The translations under genes and the position numbers were made by a program. This document shows, one piece after another, positions 8,837 through 18,448 of a stretch of 64,000 nt of DNA. The stretch is taken from contig CAZFTX010000002.1 in the NCBI GenBank assembly GCA_964521955.1, positions 28,785 to 92,784 of the forward strand, in the 5' to 3' direction. Every line of letters begins with the position of its first letter. Position 1 is the first letter of the stretch. This stretch comes from an uncultured Candidatus Saccharibacteria bacterium. GTDB taxonomy: Bacteria > Patescibacteriota > Doudnabacteria > UBA920. The notes below the pieces were generated by a model. That model saw nothing but the letters and a program-made list of their open reading frames with translations. It was not told the origin of the DNA and ran no database searches.

Positions 8837-10138
8837 ATGTCAAAAAAGACCCGATATTTACTAATCTTTTTTTGTTTCTTGGTCTTTGTTTTATTAAGCC
8901 CGGCTATTGTAATTTATGTACAAGGCTTGTCTTATGACTTCCAGTCCGGTAAGTTCTTTAAAACCGGTATTTTGGCTGCGCGTGTTGAACCCGACACCGC
9001 CGAAATCTGGCTAGACAATACCTTAAAAAAAGAAGGCGAAGGCAATATTAAATTTCTTAAACCTGGAGAATATAACGTTAAAATTAGCAAGCCAGGCTTT
9101 TTTGATTGGTCTAAAAGACTACAAATTTATCCAAATGAAGTAACATGGATAAACCCTGCAAATTCAAAAATCTACCTGTTTTTAAAAGAACCCCCAATCC
9201 AAACTTTGACTGAATCAGTTTCAGATTTACAGACTTTTGGACAAAACATATATGCTCTAAAAGGACAAACCCTTAAAACTGGCACTTGGCAAGATGGTTT
9301 TAAAAATTCTACTGACTTAAATCATAGTTTTACAAAAATTTTGAAGGCTCAGGATCCTTTCCTAATTCTCGCCGCTGAAAAAGAAAACCTATCCAATCAA
9401 TTTTTTCTGTTTGACTTAAACTCCAAACAAATTTTTGACCTAAGCGAATTTATAACAACTGAAAAAGAAGCCGAACAGCTTATTTTTAAAAACAATAAAA
9501 TCTACAGCATACAATCTTTAGGCCTATATGAAATAGACTGGCAGCTCAAAACAAAAATTTTGCAAATACCAAATGCCAAAGCTGCTTTTTTTACTAACAG
9601 CGATCTTTACTTTTTAACCCAAACTGCAACCAGTACTAGTTTATTAGTCAAAAATCAAATATCTGAACAAGGAACAAACTTACCGTTGTCCTTACCACAA
9701 ACTGCTTCTGCGGAAATTTTCGTAAATAATCAAAAAGAAGTCTTTCTTTTTCTAGACCAAGACCTGTATAAACTTGCAGACCAGCCCAAAATTTTAGAAA
9801 AAAATATTGGGTTACTCCTTGCGGGTAAAGACAATCCTAACACAATAATTTTACTTAGCAGTGGTGAGCTAAAATTTTACGATGACACAAAAAAAGAGCT
9901 TAAATTAGTCACCAGAAGCTCTTTAAAAATTAACAACCCGGTTTTTAGACCAACTTTGGATTATTTGTTCTTAAACAAAGAAAACTCACTATATGCTATT
10001 GAACTAGACAACCGCGACAAGCAAAACGAATTTTTACTCTACCAGGCACTTGGCGACTTTAAATTTTTTATTGACTCAGAAGGAAAAAATGCTTTGGTTT
10101 TAGACGGCACAGAAATAAAAAAAGTAAAAATTCGATAA
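8837..10138 (+). CDS. Hypothetical exported/membrane-anchored protein with a PEGA-like domain
   Basis: N-terminal transmembrane segment. Segment EIWLDN...PGEYNVKISKPGFFDW resembles a PEGA domain. Confidence 0.4.
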   Translation: MSKKTRYLLIFFCFLVFVLLSPAIVIYVQGLSYDFQSGKFFKTGILAARVEPDTAEIWLDNTLKKEGEGNIKFLKPGEYNVKISKPGFFDWSKRLQIYPNEVTWINPANSKIYLFLKEPPIQTLTESVSDLQTFGQNIYALKGQTLKTGTWQDGFKNSTDLNHSFTKILKAQDPFLILAAEKENLSNQFFLFDLNSKQIFDLSEFITTEKEAEQLIFKNNKIYSIQSLGLYEIDWQLKTKILQIPNAKAAFFTNSDLYFLTQTATSTSLLVKNQISEQGTNLPLSLPQTASAEIFVNNQKEVFLFLDQDLYKLADQPKILEKNIGLLLAGKDNPNTIILLSSGELKFYDDTKKELKLVTRSSLKINNPVFRPTLDYLFLNKENSLYAIELDNRDKQNEFLLYQALGDFKFFIDSEGKNALVLDGTEIKKVKIR

Positions 10139-10151
10139 CCTTATCATTTCA

Positions 10152-10213
10152 GCACTGTCCAATTCTACCTGTCCCTCGAAGTTTTAACGAAGTGGGATAG
10201 AATTGGACAGTGA
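10152..10213. terminator. Long inverted repeat (CACTGTCCAATTCT...AGAATTGGACAGTG) between convergent genes. Bidirectional terminator candidate.
   Basis: 14-bp perfect arms read directly. Lies between the + ORF ending at 10138 and the - ORF ending at 10226. Confidence 0.5.
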
Positions 10214-10225
10214 AAACAAAGCAAT

Positions 10226-10630
10226 TTATTTAACAGCTTTGTCTATAGCTTCGTTAACTAAAGCATCAGCCTCGGAATTTTTTTCCCTAGGCACGTGAAC
10301 AAAAACAATATTTTTAAAATTATTTCCTAATCCAAAAACTTCTTGGGCTAGTTTTTTTAATTTCTCATCTTTGATTTTGTAAACCCCTTGCATTTGCCTA
10401 ACAATTAACTCCGAGTCCATTCTCACTAAAATTTCAACAGCTTTTATTTCACTAGCTAATTTTAGGCCTAAAATCAATGCTTTATACTCAGCTTCGTTGT
10501 TTGTAGCTGTGCCTATATATTCCCCTTGAGCTTTTAAGAGATTACCCGCTTCGTCTTTTAAAACAACCCCTATACCCGAAGGTCCTGGATTACCTCTGGC
10601 GCCGCCATCAGTATTTAGAATTATTTTCAT
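10226..10630 (-). CDS. rnhA: Ribonuclease H (RNase HI-like)
   Basis: KIILNTDGGARGNPGPSGIGVV is the characteristic RNase H N-terminus. D..E..D..D spacing present. ORF track starts at 10648; 10630 is the likely start. Confidence 0.7.
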   Translation of the reverse strand: MKIILNTDGGARGNPGPSGIGVVLKDEAGNLLKAQGEYIGTATNNEAEYKALILGLKLASEIKAVEILVRMDSELIVRQMQGVYKIKDEKLKKLAQEVFGLGNNFKNIVFVHVPREKNSEADALVNEAIDKAVK

Positions 10631-10710
10631 TATAGTACCCAGCACCAATTTACATAATCTATTAATTTTAAAACTTCATCTTGTATCCACTTCTTTTCTT
10701 TAAAAGAAGC

Positions 10711-12492
10711 TTAAACTCCACTTATGGTGCTTGGGTGAATCTTAACATCTAGAACTTTAAGTTTCAATTCCAAAGCGCCATTCCAAGAATCTTCCAACAA
10801 CTCTGCAGCAATATCCAAACTATCTCCAATTCGAAGCGCTTTAAAGCTTTCTGCTTTTGAAAATGCAATAGCTTTAAAACTCTTCCCTTGCGCTTCTAAA
10901 ACAAGCTGTAAATGTTGACTTGATGAACCTACGGTTTTTAAGGTTTTAACTCTCAAACCACTAACTAAAAATTTTGGGACTGGATTACCCAAGCCAAAAG
11001 GTTCTAGTTTTTCTATTTCTTTTAAAACTCCTAAGCTTAAACTAGAAGCCTGAACTTGAGCTTCTAACTCGAAAGTCGGCTGTTCTAAGTTTGTTGCTAA
11101 GTTCTTTTCAGCATACTCAGAAAGTTTTTCATAAAAGATAGGAAAATTTTTACTTAATAAAGTTAGTCCTGCCGCTTGTTGATGTCCACCAAATCTTAAC
11201 AACAAATCCTGAGAATACTTTAAAGCTTCAATCACACTAAACTCCCCCGTACCCCGGGCTGAACCTGTAGCTTCAGTTCCTGTTTGAGACAAAATAAAGG
11301 TAGGTTTTTTAAATTCTTCCGCAAGCTTACCAGCCACTAAACCAACCACACCTTTTGGCCAATCCTCCCCCATAAGCGCTAAAACCTTGCGGTCTTGTAA
11401 ACCCAATGCCTTTTCCCGAGCTTCGTCTAAAACTGAAGTAGTTATATCTTGCCTACGTTTGTTAATTTGTTCTAAAGCAATGGCTTTTTGTTGAGCTGAA
11501 ACCAAGTCTTTTTCTAAAAGCAATTCCAAAGCTATGTTTGCATGCTCTAAACGACCCGCAGCATTTAAACGCGGAGCAACTACAAATCCTAAAGTGTAAG
11601 TGTCAGGCTTTTTTTTTGCAAAATTTAAAGCTGCTTGAATACACAAAGCCCGTAGTCCAATCCATTTCGTTTTAGCCAAAACCCTTAACCCATATTTTAC
11701 CAAAGTCCTATTTTCTGAAATTAACTCATGACAATCCGCCACTGTACCAATTGCCACTAAGTCCAAAAGCCACTTCTCCCAACCCTCGACGTAAGTCGAG
11801 GGTTGCCCCGAGCGAGCGCTAGTGAGTCGAAGGGCTGCTTCGTCCCTTAGTCCTACACCCTTAGCCCTCTGCAATATCCCACACGCCAATTTAAAAGCCA
11901 CCCCCACTCCTGTAATTTCTGAAAAAGGATACTTAGTTTCAGGATCTTTGGGATTTATTAGTGCAAAGGCCTCAGGTCTCGGGCCAATAATTTCATGGTG
12001 ATCGGTAATAATAAAATCAACCCCGTTTTTTTTACAAAATTCGGCTGCTTCAGTAGAGTTAGTACCGCAATCAACTGTAATAATAATTTTTGCTCCCTGA
12101 TTTTTAATACTCTCAATCGCTTCCATATTTACCCCATAACCTTCCGTAAACCTGTCCGGGATATAACTATGAACTTCTTTACCCAAATAAGAAAAAGTCT
12201 GTTGTAAAACTGCATTGGCAGTAACAGCATCGGCGTCATAGTCACCATAAATCCAAATTTTTTCTTCAGATTCAATAGCTTGCCAAATTCTAGTAACAGC
12301 TTTTTCCATATCCTGAAATAAAAAAGGGCTATGTAGCCCCTCTTCATAACTAGTGTTTAAAAAACTCTCTATCTCTTCTTTTTCTTTTAAGCCCCGATTA
12401 TACAAAAGCTGTAAGACTAAAGAAGAAATGTGAGGAAATTTATCTTTAAACTCTAAAGGGATTTCGGGTTTTATTTTCCACTCTTTTGTCAT
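10711..12492 (-). CDS. recJ: Single-stranded-DNA-specific exonuclease RecJ (DHH/DHHA1)
   Basis: 593 aa. DHH motif ITDHHE and GGH in the DHHA1 region. Carries an in-frame GC-rich insertion at 11787-11860. Confidence 0.85.
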   Translation of the reverse strand: MTKEWKIKPEIPLEFKDKFPHISSLVLQLLYNRGLKEKEEIESFLNTSYEEGLHSPFLFQDMEKAVTRIWQAIESEEKIWIYGDYDADAVTANAVLQQTFSYLGKEVHSYIPDRFTEGYGVNMEAIESIKNQGAKIIITVDCGTNSTEAAEFCKKNGVDFIITDHHEIIGPRPEAFALINPKDPETKYPFSEITGVGVAFKLACGILQRAKGVGLRDEAALRLTSARSGQPSTYVEGWEKWLLDLVAIGTVADCHELISENRTLVKYGLRVLAKTKWIGLRALCIQAALNFAKKKPDTYTLGFVVAPRLNAAGRLEHANIALELLLEKDLVSAQQKAIALEQINKRRQDITTSVLDEAREKALGLQDRKVLALMGEDWPKGVVGLVAGKLAEEFKKPTFILSQTGTEATGSARGTGEFSVIEALKYSQDLLLRFGGHQQAAGLTLLSKNFPIFYEKLSEYAEKNLATNLEQPTFELEAQVQASSLSLGVLKEIEKLEPFGLGNPVPKFLVSGLRVKTLKTVGSSSQHLQLVLEAQGKSFKAIAFSKAESFKALRIGDSLDIAAELLEDSWNGALELKLKVLDVKIHPSTISGV

Positions 12493-14105
12493 ATATGCTT
12501 CGGTATAGGATCAATCAATTCTAACATACTAATCCCAGTCATTTCTATTGGTTTTTTAATATACATCAAATCTAAAACGGTCGGAGCAACATCGCAAATT
12601 ACGCCGGCAGGAATTTTTGCAGACATATTTGCAAACTTAATCTCTAAAGGTTTTTTGAACTGAAATTCTTTTGCAACCAAAATAAAAGGGATTGGGTTAG
12701 TCGTGTGGTCTTTATCTATACCTCCTGTTTTTGAACTAATCATTTGTTCAGCGTTACCATGGTCTGCGGTAATAATTAAAGCACCATCTACCTTTAAAAC
12801 AGCGTCCATAACTTTTTTTAAACACTGGTCTAAAAACTCTACCGCTTCTGTTGCGGCCTTTAAACTACCGGTATGTCCAACCATGTCAGTATTTGCATAA
12901 TTAGCCAGAAAAAAGTTAGTGGGTTTTTCTAAAATATTTTTAACTAAAGTCTGGGTCAACTCTCCGGCAGACATTTCCGGTTTGTCCAAATAATTTCTGT
13001 CATTTTCCGGGCTGGAAACAATAACCCTTTCCTCCCCCGGCCATGGTTCTGACCTGCCGCAATTAAAAAACGCAGTTACGTGAGCAAACTTTTCGCTTTC
13101 AGCAATGTGGAATTGTGAAAGTTTGGCTTCAGAAAGGAGTTGGCCTAAATTGTTTTTTAAATCTTGAGGCTTGAAAGCGACTTTCACATTTAAATTTTCC
13201 CGGTAAGCTGTCATGGTCACAAAAAACAAATTTTCTAAGTTAAAGTCCACTATTTTTTCTGGTAAAGCAGAACTTTCCACAAAAGCTTGGGTTAGCTCCA
13301 AAGCCCTGTCAGAACGAAAGTTTGCAAAAATTACCGCGTCATTATTTGAAATAACTCCGGTAGGCTTTTGCTCTTCGTCCAAAATAACCGTTGGCTTTAT
13401 TGTTTCATCAAAAATTTGTTTTGCATAATTTCCAACTATGCACTCTTCGGCACTTACCGCCGTCTCACCCAACCCCTTAACAAGGGCATCTAAAGTTAAC
13501 TTTATTTGTCCCCAATGCCCACCTCTGTCCATAGCATAAAACCTGCCGGTAATTGTAGCGATTTTACCCACTCCAATTTCCTGCATTTTAACTTTTAATT
13601 TCCGAATAGACTCTAAAGCAATTTTAGGTTCTGTGTCACGCCCGTCGGTAAACATGTGAACAAATACATTTTTTAAACCAACCTTAAAAGCTAACTCTAA
13701 AAGCGCATAAAAATGCTCGTCTAAAGCATGAACTCCGCCCGGACTGACTAAACCCAAAATATGCAAGGCTGAATTATTTTTTTTACAATGCTCTACTGCT
13801 TCAAGTAAAGTTTCGTTTTTATAAAAATCCCCGCTAGAAATTGCGCTACTTATTCTAGGCAAATCTTGGCCAACAATTCTACCGGCGCCAATGTTTAAAT
13901 GCCCCACTTCACTATTACCCATTTCTCCCCATGGTAAACCCACCAAAGGCCCAGAAGCTTGTATGGTAAAACAAGGGTAATTTTCCACTAGCATATCCAA
14001 AGTCGGAGTATTGGCAAGCGTCACCGCGTTGCCTTTAGAGGGCGGAGCAACACCAAAACCGTCCAAGATCACCAAGGCTACTTTTTTGTATGTTTTATGT
14101 TCCAT
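12489..14105 (-). CDS. gpmI: 2,3-bisphosphoglycerate-independent phosphoglycerate mutase
   Basis: 538 aa. VALVILDGFG and GNSEVGHLNIGAGR motifs. Confidence 0.9.
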   Translation of the reverse strand: MEHKTYKKVALVILDGFGVAPPSKGNAVTLANTPTLDMLVENYPCFTIQASGPLVGLPWGEMGNSEVGHLNIGAGRIVGQDLPRISSAISSGDFYKNETLLEAVEHCKKNNSALHILGLVSPGGVHALDEHFYALLELAFKVGLKNVFVHMFTDGRDTEPKIALESIRKLKVKMQEIGVGKIATITGRFYAMDRGGHWGQIKLTLDALVKGLGETAVSAEECIVGNYAKQIFDETIKPTVILDEEQKPTGVISNNDAVIFANFRSDRALELTQAFVESSALPEKIVDFNLENLFFVTMTAYRENLNVKVAFKPQDLKNNLGQLLSEAKLSQFHIAESEKFAHVTAFFNCGRSEPWPGEERVIVSSPENDRNYLDKPEMSAGELTQTLVKNILEKPTNFFLANYANTDMVGHTGSLKAATEAVEFLDQCLKKVMDAVLKVDGALIITADHGNAEQMISSKTGGIDKDHTTNPIPFILVAKEFQFKKPLEIKFANMSAKIPAGVICDVAPTVLDLMYIKKPIEMTGISMLELIDPIPKHI

Positions 14106-14171
14106 TTGCCCTTAAATTATAACACAAAAAACCTCTACCAATGGCAGAGGTTTTATTATTTAAGTATACGA

Positions 14172-14864
14172 TCACTGTTTTATCTTAATAAATTTGTTAC
14201 TATTCCAAAACTTATAAATAACCGATGTGTAAGCCCCAACCAAAAATGCCCAAATTAAATCCTCTACGGGAGCTTTTAGGATTATTATTCCTGAAAGCCT
14301 GTCAAGAAACCAAGCACTTTCTACCCAACCAGGACTTGTCCACTCTACCCATAAAAACCACAACAACCCCAATGGAACAGCTAATAATCCAATGATCAAA
14401 GACGGTAAAATTAAATCCCTACGAATAACCCAAATAAACGAAATTATCACTCCAAATGCAATAAGTGAGGAATAAAAGCTGTGAAAATTGAAAATAAAGA
14501 AAGCGGAATAATTTAATCCAAAAAACAGTAGAATGGTTAGAAAACCTAAAATTTGATTTTTTCTTTTTCTTTTTCTTTCTAACAGTTTTATTGATTTCTT
14601 TTTAAACAATATTTCATAAAGAACGCTAAATCCCCCAACTCCAAAAAAACAAAACATAAAATCTTCTATTCCCAGCTTAGTTCCAGTTATTGTTTCTGGG
14701 TGCCACCAGTCCACTAAAAAAAGAGGTTGTAAGGCAAAAGACAAAACACCCCATATCAACGACACTCGAACTAATTCTTTTCGCGTATCTTTTCTCCAAA
14801 AGAATATAGATAACCACGCTACTATAAAAATTAGATTTGCGACAAGATAACTATTTTTAAACAT
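14172..14864 (-). CDS. Hypothetical polytopic membrane protein
   Basis: 230 aa, about 6 transmembrane segments. Confidence 0.35.
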   Translation of the reverse strand: MFKNSYLVANLIFIVAWLSIFFWRKDTRKELVRVSLIWGVLSFALQPLFLVDWWHPETITGTKLGIEDFMFCFFGVGGFSVLYEILFKKKSIKLLERKRKRKNQILGFLTILLFFGLNYSAFFIFNFHSFYSSLIAFGVIISFIWVIRRDLILPSLIIGLLAVPLGLLWFLWVEWTSPGWVESAWFLDRLSGIIILKAPVEDLIWAFLVGAYTSVIYKFWNSNKFIKIKQ

Positions 14865-14879
14865 AAATACTACTGGTCC

Positions 14880-15257
14880 TTATTTTACAAGTGAATCCAT
14901 TACTCGATTTATTGCCCAAGTCCCCGAGCCAACAAAGGCCCAAAAAGGCACCGCTAGCCAACTTGTAGTTCTGTTAAAAAGTGGATATTTTTCATAAACC
15001 CAAAGATGCTTGCCGCGAATCCTTAAATATGTCATACCCACCATTGCTTCAAGAAAAATTCCACAAAGTGACCAAAAAACAAAAACAGAAATCACAACAT
15101 TCCCTTCGGACTTATACAACAGCAGCAAACAAACTAATGGCAACATAAAAACAGCTAAATATTCGTACCAAAAATATTTCTTTTTATAGTGCAAAAAATG
15201 AGAGGTAAGAAGAAACCCTACAGGTATGGAAAATAAATAAACCCAATAATATGTCAT
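14880..15257 (-). CDS. Hypothetical membrane protein
   Basis: 125 aa, about 4 transmembrane segments. Confidence 0.35.
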   Translation of the reverse strand: MTYYWVYLFSIPVGFLLTSHFLHYKKKYFWYEYLAVFMLPLVCLLLLYKSEGNVVISVFVFWSLCGIFLEAMVGMTYLRIRGKHLWVYEKYPLFNRTTSWLAVPFWAFVGSGTWAINRVMDSLVK

Positions 15258-15258
15258 T

Positions 15259-16485
15259 TTATTTTAAAGCTTCAATGCCCGGAAGTTTTTTTCCGGACAA
15301 AAATTCTAAACAAGCTCCCCCGCCCGTGGAGACATGATCTATATGCTCAAACTGGTGGGACTGTATAACCGCGTCCACAGTATCTCCGCCACCTACCACC
15401 ACAAAAGCTTGCCCTTTTCCGCGACCACCAATGAGCCTTGAAAGTGCAAAAGTTGCGTGGTGAAAAGGTTTTTTCTCAAACAAACCCAAAGGCCCGCTCC
15501 AAACTATAGTCTTAGCTTTTTTTAGCTCTTTAGCAAAAGCTAAAATAGTCTTCGGTCCGGCATCTAAAATACTTTCACTTTTCCTAACTTCAAAAGGCTC
15601 TTTTACTTTTATTGAATCCGGGTCTAAATTTTGGTCAGCAACTACCACGTCTAAAGGCAAAACAATTTTGTCTTTAAAATTTTTCATAATCTGAAAAGCG
15701 GCTTTGTCTTCACCATCTTCTATTTTTGACTGGCCGATTTCATAACCCTTGGTTTTAAAAATTAAGTTAGCTACTCCGCCGGCAACTAAAATTTTGTCCG
15801 CGTGCTTACCTAAATTTTCTAAAGTTCCCACCTTTTCAGTCAACTTAACTCCACCAGTCATGACTACAAAAGGTTTTTTAACATTCCTTAAAACGAATTC
15901 CAAAGAATTAATTTCTTTTTCTAAAAGTAGCCCCGCATAAGCCGATAGCTCTTTAGTAATAGCCACAACAGAAGCAACTTTTCTATGGATTTTGGAAAAA
16001 TCGTCCTGAACAAAAACTTCAGCCAAACTTCCTAGTTTTTTTGCAAAACTTGAATCGTTATCTAATTCTTCCTGGTAAAACTCCAAATTTTCAAGTACAA
16101 CAACGTTTTTATAAGCAATACTCTTAATTTGCTGTATATGCTTTTCTTCCCGAATATCTCCAGTATAAAAAACTAAATGCGGTATGTCGTAGTCAGGCAC
16201 CTCATGTTCAGTTGTGACAAACTTTAAATTCAACAAATTTGCCAAACTTTCTGCGGCTGACTTTAAACTTAATTTTAAATCAATCTTTCCTTTTGGCCTT
16301 CCTCTTTTACCACAAAGTACAACTTTATTACCATTTTTCCTTAAAAGCTCAATTGTGGGCAAAAAAGATTTTAACCTAAACTCATCGGCAGGTTTACCAT
16401 TGTCCAAAACAGGGACGTCCAAACTCCCTCTAACCAAAACCGTTTTGTCTTGAATTTTAGTTTTACTTAAATACTTTATAGCCAT
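15259..16485 (-). CDS. pgk: Phosphoglycerate kinase
   Basis: 408 aa. Conserved PGK regions (VLVR.DLNVP-like, GGGA, GGGD). Confidence 0.9.
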   Translation of the reverse strand: MAIKYLSKTKIQDKTVLVRGSLDVPVLDNGKPADEFRLKSFLPTIELLRKNGNKVVLCGKRGRPKGKIDLKLSLKSAAESLANLLNLKFVTTEHEVPDYDIPHLVFYTGDIREEKHIQQIKSIAYKNVVVLENLEFYQEELDNDSSFAKKLGSLAEVFVQDDFSKIHRKVASVVAITKELSAYAGLLLEKEINSLEFVLRNVKKPFVVMTGGVKLTEKVGTLENLGKHADKILVAGGVANLIFKTKGYEIGQSKIEDGEDKAAFQIMKNFKDKIVLPLDVVVADQNLDPDSIKVKEPFEVRKSESILDAGPKTILAFAKELKKAKTIVWSGPLGLFEKKPFHHATFALSRLIGGRGKGQAFVVVGGGDTVDAVIQSHQFEHIDHVSTGGGACLEFLSGKKLPGIEALK

Positions 16486-16513
16486 GGCGACACAAATATA
16501 CTAACATATCACA

Positions 16514-16900
16514 CTAATGACACAAATCAAACTTATCATTTATTACTCTTTTGGGTTTTATAAAAGTAGATCTAAAATTAACTATCATCCCTAGTTTTAC
16601 GTCCAAACCATATAAATAGCGTAACATTTGATAATAATCTTCTTTTGTAATAAATTTTTTTGCTTTAATATCAACTGGCAATCTATCTTCTATAACAAAG
16701 TCAACCCTATTACCTGCTGGAGATTCATTATTTAAACTTTTTATTTCACACTCTCTTTTATAACTAATATTATTAGATTCAAACTGCTTTTCTAATTCAT
16801 CACTATATTGCCTTTCGCTACAAAATCTACCTAATTTTTTATGAACTTTAAAACAACACCCCGCGATCTTGAAACTTAAATCTTTTTCAATGATCTCCAT
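16514..16900 (-). CDS. GxxExxY-family protein (PD-(D/E)XK-like), copy 1
   Basis: 128 aa. Pattern FKVHKKLG..ERQY, IVELKA-like DIKAKK and a C-terminal MLRYLYGLDVKLGMIVNF match the GxxExxY family. Paralogous to 20631..21035. Confidence 0.65.
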   Translation of the reverse strand: MEIIEKDLSFKIAGCCFKVHKKLGRFCSERQYSDELEKQFESNNISYKRECEIKSLNNESPAGNRVDFVIEDRLPVDIKAKKFITKEDYYQMLRYLYGLDVKLGMIVNFRSTFIKPKRVINDKFDLCH

Positions 16901-16928
16901 TTCGTGTTATTAGTGTATAATTCGTGTT

Positions 16929-17957
16929 TTAGTGTCTATACGACCCTGCGAGAATAACTTCTTCTACCAACCTGTTGGAGTAACCAAATTCATTGTCATA
17001 CCAAGCGACAACTTTTAAGAAATTCCCGTCCACCACTTGGGTTAAAGCCAAATCCACAATGCACGAAGCCGGATTGCCCACAATGTCAGAAAGTACTAAA
17101 GGCTCATTTGAAACTTCCAAAATACCTTTATACCTTTTACTTTCCGAAGCTTTGGTAAAAACTTTGTTTACTTGTTCTTTAGTCACGTCTTTCTTTAAAA
17201 GCATAACAAAATCCGAAAGGCTCCCAACAGGAGTTGGGACTCTAAAAGCTACACCGTCAAATTTACCTTTCAATTCGGGTATGGCTTGGGTTGCAGAAAT
17301 CGCTGCCCCCGTTGTAGTAGGAATAATATTTACAGCGGCAGCCCTGGCTCTTCTTAAGTCTCCTGACTTACCGCCTGGAGGCGGACCATCTACTAAGTTC
17401 TGCTCCGCTGTATAACTATGAATGGTAGACATGAAAGCTTTTTGTACGCCAAAATTAGAATGTATAACTTCCAAAACCGGCGCAATACAGTTTGTGGTAC
17501 AAGAAGCGTTGCTAATAATTGCGTGTCCGTTGTAATTGTCACTATTTACACCCAAAACTACAGTCGGAGTTACGCCTTCGTCTTTAGCCGGGGCAGAAAT
17601 AATTACTTTTTTTGCTCCTGCATGAATATGAGCCGAAGCTTTTTCACTGTCTGTAAACCTTCCGGTAGACTCAATAACCACGTCCACGCCTAAAGAACCC
17701 CAAGGAAGTTTCTGCGGTTCTTTTTCCCCAAAGACCGGATACTTTTTTCCGTCAACAATTATGTTTTTTGTGTCTGAACTAATTTCATGGTTAAACCTAC
17801 CATAGTTGGAGTCGTACTTTAAAAGATGGGCCAAAACCTGAGTCTCTGTTAAATCGTTTATTCCCACCACTTCTATTTCCTTTTTTTCTAAAGCAATTTT
17901 AAATGCCTGCCTGCCAATTCTACCAAAACCATTTATACCTAGTTTTATTTTTCCCAT
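16929..17957 (-). CDS. gap: Glyceraldehyde-3-phosphate dehydrogenase
   Basis: MGKIKLGINGFGRIGR, active-site SNASCTTNC. Confidence 0.9.
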   Translation of the reverse strand: MGKIKLGINGFGRIGRQAFKIALEKKEIEVVGINDLTETQVLAHLLKYDSNYGRFNHEISSDTKNIIVDGKKYPVFGEKEPQKLPWGSLGVDVVIESTGRFTDSEKASAHIHAGAKKVIISAPAKDEGVTPTVVLGVNSDNYNGHAIISNASCTTNCIAPVLEVIHSNFGVQKAFMSTIHSYTAEQNLVDGPPPGGKSGDLRRARAAAVNIIPTTTGAAISATQAIPELKGKFDGVAFRVPTPVGSLSDFVMLLKKDVTKEQVNKVFTKASESKRYKGILEVSNEPLVLSDIVGNPASCIVDLALTQVVDGNFLKVVAWYDNEFGYSNRLVEEVILAGSYRH

Positions 17958-18007
17958 TTTGTATTTATTAATTTTGTTATTTGAAGCTTAAAAAACTATT
18001 CTCTCTC

Positions 18008-18098
18008 TTGTCATTGCGAGGAGGCCTTGCGACGAAGCAATCTATAACCAGTTTAGATTGCCACGCCTTTCATTTCATTCAAGGCTCGCAATGACACA
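18008..18098 (-). promoter_or_regulatory. ~90-nt extended hairpin (TGTCATTGCGAG...CTCGCAATGACA with inner GCAATC/GATTGC) in the gap 5' region, 3' of the upstream small gene
   Basis: 12-bp perfect outer stem plus inner stems read directly. Confidence 0.4.
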
Positions 18099-18141
18099 CT
18101 GCTCATTATTATTTACTTAATTAAAGTATAGCCTATTTTTA

Positions 18142-18375
18142 CTATTCTTCTAAAAGCTTATACCTTTCAGCCATTTTTGTTTGTTTTTTCAAATTCTCTT
18201 TCTTAACGGACAGCTGAGCCTGAGTTGTAGGCATTTCTTGGTACTCAGAAGCAAAAAGCAGTTCAGTTCGCCAAAACAAAACGCTTCCAAAAGCAATTAT
18301 GCCCGCAAAAACTAAAAAACTTAATCTTAATAAAAAATTTGCGTCTTTTACTCCCGAACCAATAAGTCCTTCCAT
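18142..18375 (-). CDS. Hypothetical small membrane protein (77 aa)
   Basis: One transmembrane segment. TTGACA-like elements upstream. Confidence 0.3.
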   Translation of the reverse strand: MEGLIGSGVKDANFLLRLSFLVFAGIIAFGSVLFWRTELLFASEYQEMPTTQAQLSVKKENLKKQTKMAERYKLLEE

Positions 18376-18448
18376 AATTTAGTTTATTAGCCAATCAGCG
18401 GATCAGCTATGTCAAATGTTAAATGTCAATTGTAAAATGTTGAAAATT

